This document shows positions 32,701 to 40,522 of a DNA stretch of 64,000 bases, piece by piece. Position 1 is the stretch's first letter. Each line of letters starts with the position of its first letter. The stretch lies in assembly GCA_965223485.1 (NCBI GenBank), contig OZ244993.1:8483-72482 (forward strand), in the 5' to 3' direction. The DNA comes from Rhodothermales bacterium (GTDB lineage Bacteria; Bacteroidota; Rhodothermia; Rhodothermales; VXPQ01). The notes beneath the pieces were generated by a model, which ran no database searches, was not told the DNA's origin, and worked only from the letters and a program-made list of their open reading frames with translations. A program made the translations under genes and the position numbers.

Positions 32701-35700
32701 CGATGCGCAAACGAGCGCAATGGATCCGAGGTTAAGCACCTTCACCGAAACCTCTGCCGCAGCGTCTTCCGCGTTGTCGGCGCTCGCCGTAAGCAGGTAT
32801 TCGTAGGTCTCGTCCTCGTCCACTTCGTCCGGTACCGCGAACGTCGGGGACGCAATGTCCGCAGCGCTGAGCAGAGCCGTATCCGGCGTATCGCCCCGAG
32901 CCGTCCAGGCGTACGTATACTGCGGATCATCGCCCGGAGCCCCGGATGCCGAGCAGTCGAACGCAATGTCTGCCGAGCCTTCGTATACAGAACCGGGGTC
33001 CGCGCACACGAGCGCAAGCGCCTCCTTGTTCAGCACCGTTACGGTAACGTCCTCTGTCACAGACTCCGCATTGTCGGCGCTTACCGTCAGCGTGTATTCG
33101 TACGTCTCGTCCTCGTCTACCTCATCCGGTACGTAGAACATCGGGGAGGAAACGTCCACAGCGCTGAGCAGCGACGTATCCGGCGTATCCCCCCGAGCCG
33201 TCCAGGCGTACGTATACTGCGGGTCGTCGCCCGGAGCCCCGGACGCCGAGCAGTCGAACGCAATGTCCGCAGAGCCCTCGTACACCGGAGAAGGCGTCGC
33301 GCACGCAATGCTAAGCGCCCCCTTGTTCAGCACCGTCACCGAAACCTCTGCCGCAGCGTCTTCCGCGTTGTCGGCGCTCGCCGTAAGCAGGTATTCGTAG
33401 GTCTCGTCCTCGTCCACTTCGTCCGGTACCGCGAACGTCGGGGACGCAATGTCCGCAGCGCTGAGCAGAGCCGTATCCGGCGTATCGCCCCGAGCCGTCC
33501 AGGCGTACGTATACTGCGGATCATCGCCCGGAGCCCCGGATGCCGAGCAGTCGAACGCAATGTCTGCCGAGCCTTCGTATACAGAACCGGGGTCCGCGCA
33601 CACGAGCGCAAGCGCCTCCTTGTTCAGCACCGTTACGGTAACGTCCTCTGTCACAGACTCCGCATTGTCGGCGCTTACCGTCAGCGTGTATTCGTACGTC
33701 TCGTCCTCGTCTACCTCATCCGGTACGTAGAACATCGGGGAGGAAACGTCCACAGCGCTGAGCAGCGACGTATCCGGCGTATCGCCCCGAGCCGTCCAGG
33801 CGTACGTATACTGCGGATCATCGCCCGGAGCCCCGGATGCCGAGCAGTCGAACGCAATGTCCGCAGAGCCCTCGTACACCGGAGAAGGCGTCGCGCACGC
33901 AATGCTAAGCGCCCCCTTGTTCAGCACCGTCACCGAAACCTCTGCCGCAGCGTCTTCCGCATTCTCAGTACGCGCCGTCAACAGGTACTCGTACGTTGTG
34001 GTCTCGTCCAACGCATCCGGCACATAGAACGTCGGAGAAGATATGTCCACGGCGCTCAATCGGGACGTGTTCGGCGTCGCGCCTATGGCTGCCCACTCGT
34101 ACGCATAATCGACGTCCCCCGTATCCCCTGAGACCGAGCAGTCCAAAGCGAAGTCTTCCGAACCCTCGTACACCAAGGGAGGCGATGCGCAAACGAGCGC
34201 AATGGATCCGAGGTTAAGCACCTTCACCGTCACTTCCGCCGTCGCGGACTCCGCATTATCCGCCGAGACCGTCAACAGGTACTCGTACGTTTCGTCCTCG
34301 TCCACTTCCTCCGGCACGTCGAATGTCGGGGCGGGGCCATCCACGCCGCTGATTAGAAGGTCCGTGTTTGCCGTACTTCCCCGGGCTGTCCAGACGTATG
34401 TATACCCGGGAGCGCCCGAAGCCGTGCAGTCCAGGGCGAAATCCGCAGACCCCTCGTACACCGGAGAAGGCGTCGCGCACGCAACGTCCAATGTCTTCTT
34501 GTTCAGCACCTGCACGGTAACGTCGGCGCTGCCGGGATCCGCATTCTCCGCCGAGACCGTCAACAGGTACTCGTACGTTTCGTCCTCGTCCACTTCCTCC
34601 GGCACGTCGAATGTCGGGGTGGGGCCATCCACGCCGCTGATTAGAAGGTCCGTGTTTGCCGTACTTCCCCGGGCTGTCCAGACGTATGTATACCCGGGAG
34701 CGCCCGAAGCCGTGCAGTCCAGGGCGAAATCCGCAGATCCCTCGTACACCGGAGAAGGCGTCGCGCACGCAACGTCCAATGTCTTCTTGTTCAGCACCGT
34801 CACGGTAACGTCGGCGCTGCCGGGATCCGCATTCTCCGCCGAAACGGTTAGCCTGTACTCGTACGTCTCGTCCCCTGCAACTTCATCCGGTACATAGAAC
34901 GTCGGCTTCCCAACGGTCGTACTACTCAACCTGCTCGTGTCGCCGCCGCCCCGGGCTGTCCATGCGTACACATCATAGGGGAAACCCGAAGGGGCGCCCG
35001 AAGCCGCGCAGTCCAGGGCGAAATCCTCCGATCCCTCGTACACCGGAGAAGGCGTCGCGCACGCAACGTCCAATGCCTTCTTGTTCAGCACCGTCACGGT
35101 AACGTCCGCCGAACCGGACTCCGCATTCTCCGCCGAGACGGTCAGCGTGTACTCGTACGTTTCGTCCTTCTCCACTTCCTCCGGCACGGCAAACGTCGTA
35201 GAAGCAATGTCCGTTGCACTGAGCAGTGCCGTATCCGGCGTATCGCCCCCAGCCCTCCATTCATACACGTAAGCGGAACCCGCAGGCGCGCCTGACGCCG
35301 CGCAATCGAACGTGATATCTTCCGACCCCTCATACACCGAACCCGGATCCGCGCACGTAACGGTGATAACCGGCCTCTTCAACACGGTTACGGTAACATC
35401 TTCGGTAACGTCAGCAGCCCCGCCGGCCGACAGCGTCACCGTGTAGTCGTAGTCCGTGTCCGCATCTACGTTGTCCGGCGGCGTGAACGTCGGGGCGTAA
35501 CCGTCCGTGCCGCTCAACCGATTCGCGACATCCGTGCCCGCCCACGAATACGCCGCGTCCGAAGGCGCGTTCGTCACCGAACAATCCAGCGTAATATCGG
35601 CCGCACCCTCGTATACCGCGGTATCGTTACACGTAACGACAGGACGCGGCGCATCCGTGTGCAGCACCGTCACTGTAACCTCGGCCCTGCCGTCTTCCGC

Positions 35701-38571
35701 ATTCTCGGCGCTCGCCGTTACCGTATAGGCATACGTCGTGTCTTGCGGTACATCGTAAGGCACGTCGAATGTCGGCGTTGCCGTATCGTGATCCGTAAGA
35801 CGATCGGTCGGAGACCATAACCACGTATACGAAGAGCCGCTCGGAGCGCCCGACGCCTCGCACTCCAGTTCAATGTCGGCCGAGCCCTCGTACACGGGAT
35901 CGGGATCCGCGCACGTAACAGCGATTGCAGGCCTTGGCAGTACTCTTATCGTAATATCCTGGCTCGCGTACAAGTCTACCGTTAGCGGCGCACATCCCCC
36001 CGGACACCGGCCTCTCCAAACCCCTATCGTGTACTTGTAGGTCGTAGCGCTATTCACTGTTGCAGGCATGCGGAACGTCCCCGACGCCAAACCGGTAACG
36101 GTCAATCCCTGCGGCCTCGGCCACCCCGTCGGGTAGCCCCCGCCGCTGGAGATGGTATAGGGAAGGCCATCGGCGCTCCAGGCCGCCCACAACCACCGGA
36201 AGACGCCAACCGGCCTGCTCGATCTGCAACTCAATTCAATGTCGTCCGATCCGGCGTACCTTTCAAAATAGGTTCCGTTACAAACCATCTCGCCGGGAAG
36301 ACCCCTGTCGAGCACCGTCACCGTCACATCTTCCCTTGCCGGTTCCGCGTTCTCCGCCGAGACGGTCAGCCTGTACTCGTACGTCACGTCTCTCGTAATA
36401 AAGGGCGGCGCTCTGAAGGTAGGCGAAGAAATGTCCGTCGCGCTAAGGCGCCGAATGTGCAATTCGTTCGGCGGACCCTCCCGCGCCGTCCAGACATAGT
36501 CGTAGTCGGAACCCGAAGGCGCGCCCGACGCCGAGCAGTCCAGCGTGGTATACCCCGAACCCTCGTACACCTCGTACGGATTGCCGGCGCAATCTACGTC
36601 GATCGCAGGCTTGTTCAGCACGGTTACCGTAACGTCTTCGCTGGCCTGCTCGACGCCGCCGGCCGACAGCGTCACCGTGTATTCGTAGTCCGTGTTTGCA
36701 CTTACACTAACCGGCACGGCAAATGTGGGGGTAATGCCGTCCGTACCGCTCAACCGATTACCAATATCCGTGCCTGTCCACGAGTACGTAGCGCCCGTCG
36801 GCTCGTTCGCCACCGAACAGTCCAGCGTGAAATTGCCCGTGCCTTCGTACGCCTCCGCATCCGAACAGGTAATGGAGGGAGGAGGCGCCGTATCCGTGTC
36901 GAGCACCGTCACCCTAACCTCGGCAGCGCCGTCGTCTGCATTCTCCGCGCTCGCCGTTACCGTGTACGTATAGGTAGTTTCCTGATCTACATTATCAGGC
37001 ACAGCGAACGTGGGCGTAGCCGTATTGTGACCCGTCAGATTGTCGGTCGGAGACCATGACCACGTATAGTCCGGATCGCCCCCCGGCGCACCCGACGCAG
37101 AGCAGTCAAACTCAATATCGTCCGCGCCCTCGTCCACATCATCAGTATCCTCGCACGTGACCGTGATCGCAGGCTTGTTCAACACCGTTACCGTGAAATC
37201 GGCGCTGGCGCGCAGGGTGTACTCAGGAGTGCCATCGTACCGCGGAGTATACAATGCTACCGTGTATGCATACATCTCGTCCTGATTCACCAAATCAGGT
37301 ACGTCGAAGGTTATTCTGTAATGCGAAGAAGGAGCGTCGATATTGTATGGATCCTTCAATCCGGGCGTGGGCGCTCCCGAAGCAGGTGGGGGAATCTGCT
37401 CGCCGAGACGCGACCATCTTACCCAATTGGTGCGTGCCGGCTGATCATGAATCGAGCAATTAATTCCAAGATCGCTTGCTCCCTCGTACACCTCGTAGGG
37501 ACTATCCGAACAAGTGATGCCGGGATCAAGCATATACCCCGAAACTTCTTCTTCGCCGACGACCCTGACCGTGACCCTGCGCCTTGCCGTGCGGGGCACG
37601 CCCGAAGCCTGCGACGTCATGCTCGCTATGTAATGGTACTCCTCGCCCGCACTGCCGGCAGGAGCCGTAAACAAAGGCGACGACAGGTCCGTCGCTGCGA
37701 GAGGAGCCATGCTCGTTCCCCATAGACCCTCCCACTCCCACAATATCGACGCCCCGTCCTCGTCGTAGTCCATACGATGCGACAGCGGATCCGCCCCCTC
37801 GCAATCGAGCGCGATCGTCTCGCCCTCCTCAACCGATACCTCCAGCGGACAATACACGCTCGGACGACTGCCCGATACGTACACCTCCACTTCCCGCCAC
37901 GACGAAAGACCCGTAGCGCGGGACGTCGCCGTCAAACGGTACCGGTAAAGAAACGTCGTCTCCCCCGAATAAAACGACTCCAGCGTCTCGTACGCCGGAG
38001 CCTCCGGAGCCACTACCGAGGGATTCGGAACATCCTCGGGCATCAATCGGGGATTGTCCAGATAGTCCCGCGTCGTACTTCCCACAGGCTCCCACGAATA
38101 CTCCAGATGTTCCTCTCCCGAAGCGTCCCATGCATGACACTCGACCTGTCCTGTCTCGAGCTCCTCCAGAAAAATAGCCACAGGACACTCCAGACGAGGA
38201 GGCGTCCGCCAGGCAGGACCGGAAGGCTCGCCCGGGCGCGCTTCTCCTTCCGGACCGAACCCGAAAGGATCCGGCGTCTTCTCCCGAGGCGCGCAGCTTT
38301 CCCCGAACTCGCCGGGAACCGTAAAAGGATCGCATTCCTCCCGCACAACGGGCGCCCAGGCCGATTCCTCCGGAACGCCGCCCTTTACCGGAAAACCCTC
38401 TTCCCGGATAACCTGGCCCTGCGCCGAAGAAACGCAGAGCAGCCCCGCAACGGCAAACACGCATGCCAGGCGCCCAGCCGAAGCGCCGGAACCATCGAAA
38501 ACACCCGAATGCGAAACAACCGGCAGAGGACCGAAGCCGACATCATCGCGCATTGCACGATCGCGAACCAT
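29797..38571 (-). CDS. Giant secreted Ig/PKD-like repeat protein, paralog 4
   Basis: 2924 aa ORF with AAGGA RBS. N-terminus nearly identical to paralog 2. Confidence 0.9.
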   Translation of the reverse strand: MVRDRAMRDDVGFGPLPVVSHSGVFDGSGASAGRLACVFAVAGLLCVSSAQGQVIREEGFPVKGGVPEESAWAPVVREECDPFTVPGEFGESCAPREKTPDPFGFGPEGEARPGEPSGPAWRTPPRLECPVAIFLEELETGQVECHAWDASGEEHLEYSWEPVGSTTRDYLDNPRLMPEDVPNPSVVAPEAPAYETLESFYSGETTFLYRYRLTATSRATGLSSWREVEVYVSGSRPSVYCPLEVSVEEGETIALDCEGADPLSHRMDYDEDGASILWEWEGLWGTSMAPLAATDLSSPLFTAPAGSAGEEYHYIASMTSQASGVPRTARRRVTVRVVGEEEVSGYMLDPGITCSDSPYEVYEGASDLGINCSIHDQPARTNWVRWSRLGEQIPPPASGAPTPGLKDPYNIDAPSSHYRITFDVPDLVNQDEMYAYTVALYTPRYDGTPEYTLRASADFTVTVLNKPAITVTCEDTDDVDEGADDIEFDCSASGAPGGDPDYTWSWSPTDNLTGHNTATPTFAVPDNVDQETTYTYTVTASAENADDGAAEVRVTVLDTDTAPPPSITCSDAEAYEGTGNFTLDCSVANEPTGATYSWTGTDIGNRLSGTDGITPTFAVPVSVSANTDYEYTVTLSAGGVEQASEDVTVTVLNKPAIDVDCAGNPYEVYEGSGYTTLDCSASGAPSGSDYDYVWTAREGPPNELHIRRLSATDISSPTFRAPPFITRDVTYEYRLTVSAENAEPAREDVTVTVLDRGLPGEMVCNGTYFERYAGSDDIELSCRSSRPVGVFRWLWAAWSADGLPYTISSGGGYPTGWPRPQGLTVTGLASGTFRMPATVNSATTYKYTIGVWRGRCPGGCAPLTVDLYASQDITIRVLPRPAIAVTCADPDPVYEGSADIELECEASGAPSGSSYTWLWSPTDRLTDHDTATPTFDVPYDVPQDTTYAYTVTASAENAEDGRAEVTVTVLHTDAPRPVVTCNDTAVYEGAADITLDCSVTNAPSDAAYSWAGTDVANRLSGTDGYAPTFTPPDNVDADTDYDYTVTLSAGGAADVTEDVTVTVLKRPVITVTCADPGSVYEGSEDITFDCAASGAPAGSAYVYEWRAGGDTPDTALLSATDIASTTFAVPEEVEKDETYEYTLTVSAENAESGSADVTVTVLNKKALDVACATPSPVYEGSEDFALDCAASGAPSGFPYDVYAWTARGGGDTSRLSSTTVGKPTFYVPDEVAGDETYEYRLTVSAENADPGSADVTVTVLNKKTLDVACATPSPVYEGSADFALDCTASGAPGYTYVWTARGSTANTDLLISGVDGPTPTFDVPEEVDEDETYEYLLTVSAENADPGSADVTVQVLNKKTLDVACATPSPVYEGSADFALDCTASGAPGYTYVWTARGSTANTDLLISGVDGPAPTFDVPEEVDEDETYEYLLTVSADNAESATAEVTVKVLNLGSIALVCASPPLVYEGSEDFALDCSVSGDTGDVDYAYEWAAIGATPNTSRLSAVDISSPTFYVPDALDETTTYEYLLTARTENAEDAAAEVSVTVLNKGALSIACATPSPVYEGSADIAFDCSASGAPGDDPQYTYAWTARGDTPDTSLLSAVDVSSPMFYVPDEVDEDETYEYTLTVSADNAESVTEDVTVTVLNKEALALVCADPGSVYEGSADIAFDCSASGAPGDDPQYTYAWTARGDTPDTALLSAADIASPTFAVPDEVDEDETYEYLLTASADNAEDAAAEVSVTVLNKGALSIACATPSPVYEGSADIAFDCSASGAPGDDPQYTYAWTARGDTPDTSLLSAVDVSSPMFYVPDEVDEDETYEYTLTVSADNAESVTEDVTVTVLNKEALALVCADPGSVYEGSADIAFDCSASGAPGDDPQYTYAWTARGDTPDTALLSAADIASPTFAVPDEVDEDETYEYLLTASADNAEDAAAEVSVKVLNLGSIALVCASPPLVYEGSEDITFDCSVSGAPGDDPQYTYAWTARGDTPDTSLLSAVDVSSPMFYVPDEVDEDETYEYTLTVSADNAEFVTEDVTVTVLNKEALALVCADPGSVYEGSADIAFDCSASGAPGDDPQYTYAWTARGDTPDTALLSAADIASPTFAVPDEVDEDETYEYLLTASADNAEDAAAEVSVTVLNKGALSIACATPSPVYEGSADFAFDCSASGAPGDDPQYTYAWTARGDTPDTSLLSAVDVSSPMFYVPDEVDEDETYEYTLTVSADNAEFVTEDVTVTVLNKEALALVCADPGSVYEGSADIAFDCSASGAPGDDPQYTYAWTARGSTANTDLLISGTDGPTPTFAVPDEVDEDETYEYLLTASADNAEDAAAEVSVTVLNKGALSIACATPSPVYEGSADIAFDCSASGAPGDDPQYTYAWTARGDTPDTSLLSAVDIPSPTFYVPEEVEEDETYEYTLTVSAANAEDAAAEVTVTVLDRIRTPAPDPVSPPAEEPPVAGSSSRAPSDPTALGVTVSASSLRFGVQSAQTRASLDPMTDQISTRVSGPYHAGRMTLSPGGGASFDENGEMDLSIEVVSPVLLKREGAAEPSSLVLSPSWSFAESCEQLSSQAIGSLYTEATLAEGACRLLRFGGELDLTGAPSGRYAGSMDIVLRSGESEETHSVEVEVTVVPSQRVITIGPGGVRFSTSRELAAGLTEEQNLSIYPDVAFLTEGKPHGVFELSNPSLVPLEVSVSARFGYTEATRDGREVVVEDASDSRLGDLSQVVDIHPAVVVLQPGEKGLVRYGVQEGALAAMAEKGYAAFFDVVSSPRQYVRSDRMPEEVTGERTARVTMRVPGVYVPGEGASQLRATLLSLSYGVSMSATFLLETQDRPFAGEVVAYDGQGRELGRRETLVYTRSRVRVPLDRMPEEEVVFLRFAPWGPGRVPDPVNIPWNAPGRDIGAAGDKERRTIPKSALQ
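31300..33960 (-). repeat. 594-bp (two-domain) near-perfect tandem repeat inside paralog 4
   Basis: Near-identical blocks recur every 594 bp; shadow ORFs start at 31929/32523/33117/33711 and 32148/32742/33336. Confidence 0.9.
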
Positions 38572-38624
38572 ACATAGTCCTTAAAAAATAAGGCGCAAGA
38601 CGTATTCCGGAGCCGATAGGGCAC

Positions 38625-38645
38625 AAAAAACCCATCCCTACGGGT
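38625..38645 (-). terminator. Putative intrinsic terminator/attenuator in the 5' leader of paralog 4
   Basis: ACCCGT-AGGG-ATGGGT-TTTTT on the minus strand, identical to 19151-19171. Confidence 0.5.
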
Positions 38646-38707
38646 ATACCGGAAGCATTTTCGCACCTCAAAATACGCTGCATGCCACCTTTGTGGCATT
38701 TCCGAAT

Positions 38708-38739
38708 CAAATTTACTGGACAGGAAGATAAAAAATCAA
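38708..38739 (-). promoter_or_regulatory. Putative Bacteroidota-type promoter TTG-N21-TAAATTTG
   Basis: Same motif and spacing as 19234-19265, with an AT-rich tract upstream. Confidence 0.55.
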
Positions 38740-38804
38740 GGGTCTCAAAATATAATAATTAATATATCAGTCTATTATTTATTATAAAGAATAAACCATG
38801 CTCG

Positions 38805-38975
38805 TTACGGATCGCGGGCCAGCTGGAATCCCGTGAATTGCAGGTGGCTTCCGGCGGAAAGAAATTACGATAGAGGACGTATGTGCGTCCTCCATGTGGC
38901 GCACGAGCCGCCGCGCAGCACGAACTGGTTGCACATGAACTTGCCGTTGTACTCGCCGAGCGCTCCTAAAGGCAG
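38805..38975 (-). pseudogene. egtB: 3' remnant of ergothioneine biosynthesis sulfoxide synthase (FGE-like domain)
   Basis: [28 protein letters not shown], then across two frameshifts [10 protein letters not shown] and QFTGFQLARDP*. This is the characteristic EgtB C-terminus. Confidence 0.8.
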
Positions 38976-39154
38976 TTCGAGGTTAGCGAACGTTATGCAA
39001 GCCGATAAATACGCTCGACCGCCTGCAAAAAAAATCTCGAACCCTGGAATGACGAACGGGTACAGGGAGTCCAATTCCCGCAAGCCGCCGAAAACCCGGA
39101 AACGATGCGGCTTCGTCCCACAAGTCCATTCACCATCATACGGGGTATCCTATA

Positions 39155-39637
39155 ATGAAACGCTTTCTTCACATCCTGACAGGTATAGCGACTATGGCTG
39201 CCTGTCTCCTGCTCGTCCCCCCTGTGCTTGCCCAGGACAACGCCGCCGAGGAGAAAAAAGAGAGAGAAGACGCCTCGCAGGACCGTATGGAGCGGATGAT
39301 CGAGTGGCTCGACCTGACGGATGAGCAGGCCGCCTCCATGCAAGCCATCCTTGCAGAACACAGACAATCCCTCGAGGAACTCGGAGAACGTCGGCGTGCT
39401 ATGCAGGACGAACTGAAGACTTCCCTCGGAGAAGTATTGACCGAAGAGCAAATGGAAAAACTGGACAAGCGCATGTCCGGGGACAAGAACAGGCGGGGAA
39501 AGACCATGAAAGGCAAACGTGGCGGAGATCGGAATCAAGGTAAGCGGATGCACGGCGAACACGGAGAGAACGGCGAACACGGAGGTGACGGCGAAGACGG
39601 AGACGACGGCGAACACGGAGAGAAAGAACAGCGATAA
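39155..39637 (+). CDS. Periplasmic LTXXQ-motif (Spy/CpxP-like) helical protein with a Gly-X-Y acidic/His tail
   Basis: Signal peptide, LDLTDEQ and VLTEEQ motifs, C-terminal HGE/DGE repeats. Confidence 0.7.
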   Translation: MKRFLHILTGIATMAACLLLVPPVLAQDNAAEEKKEREDASQDRMERMIEWLDLTDEQAASMQAILAEHRQSLEELGERRRAMQDELKTSLGEVLTEEQMEKLDKRMSGDKNRRGKTMKGKRGGDRNQGKRMHGEHGENGEHGGDGEDGDDGEHGEKEQR

Positions 39638-39739
39638 CTACTCGGCAGAACCCGGAAGCGCCGGAGCGGTACGAATGGTTTGGCAACCTGTTTGTACCGC
39701 CCGGCGTTTTTTATGCATATGCCATACCCGCAACACGCC

Positions 39740-40516
39740 ATGCACGTGCTCTTTACTCCTAAACAAACACTCGCCCTCGCTGCACTGGCCGCTACGCTAC
39801 TCACAGGATGCGGAGGCGCCGCCCCTCTAACGAGTTCCGCACCCGGCGAGCCGATCGTCGTGGACGCCCAACTGAATGAATGGGGCGGCAAACTGAAAAC
39901 ACTCAGTAGCAAAGACGGCCTGCTGGTCGGCATGCAGAACGACGACGATCATCTGTACCTTTCGCTCAGTACAAGAAATGTGGCGAGCATTGGGAGTATC
40001 ATGCGCGCAGGGTTGATTATCTGGGTTGATCCTGCTGGCGGCAAGGAAAAAACATTCGGCATTCGTTTTCCGCTTGGTCTGTCCATGGATGAAACCGGCG
40101 ATCGCCGCCTCAGCGAAGGGGCGGCAGCCGACCGTGTTCGCATTGAGCGCTCAACCCAGGAGGTGGAAATCATCGGAGCGGACGGGCAAGCAATTCGCAG
40201 ACACAAGGACTCCATTCCAGGTATTGCCGCAGAGGTCGAAGCAGACCAGGGCGTACTGACCTACGAAATTCAGGTGCCCCTTGCACACACCGACGGGGTG
40301 TTGTATGCTATCGGGACAAAACCGGGTCAGGAGATAGGTATCGGCATTGCCACCCCGGACGAGTTCGTCGTCAATGCAGTGCAGCAACCTGGTTTCGGGG
40401 GGTTGCCGGGTGGACGCATGGCCAGTGCAGAAGGACGGGGATACCGGGGAGTTCCTCAAGGGGCCCTCGGTATCAGCACACTCAAGGAATGGATGCTTGT
40501 AACGCTGGCCGAATAA
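39740..40516 (+). CDS. Hypothetical lipoprotein (possible CBM9/DOMON-like fold)
   Basis: Lipobox LLTG-C; VDAQLNEW, NDDDHLYL and YEIQVPL motifs. Confidence 0.65.
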   Translation: MHVLFTPKQTLALAALAATLLTGCGGAAPLTSSAPGEPIVVDAQLNEWGGKLKTLSSKDGLLVGMQNDDDHLYLSLSTRNVASIGSIMRAGLIIWVDPAGGKEKTFGIRFPLGLSMDETGDRRLSEGAAADRVRIERSTQEVEIIGADGQAIRRHKDSIPGIAAEVEADQGVLTYEIQVPLAHTDGVLYAIGTKPGQEIGIGIATPDEFVVNAVQQPGFGGLPGGRMASAEGRGYRGVPQGALGISTLKEWMLVTLAE

Positions 40517-40522
40517 CGCATT

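Larger units (their letters stand above)
38572..38745 (-). repeat. Duplicated promoter/leader of the two-gene unit (copy of 19098-19270)
   Basis: Direct sequence identity with 19098-19270. Confidence 0.92.

Noticed and set aside
2640-35900. CRISPR-like regularly spaced repeats
   Set aside because: The period is ~288-297 bp, lies inside open reading frames, has no unique spacers, and no cas genes are present.
6440-37520. Diversity-generating retroelement as the source of hypervariable loops
   Set aside because: There is no reverse transcriptase or non-coding template repeat in the window. Differences between alleles involve all bases and include indels, rather than adenine-only substitutions. 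A remote DGR cannot be fully excluded.
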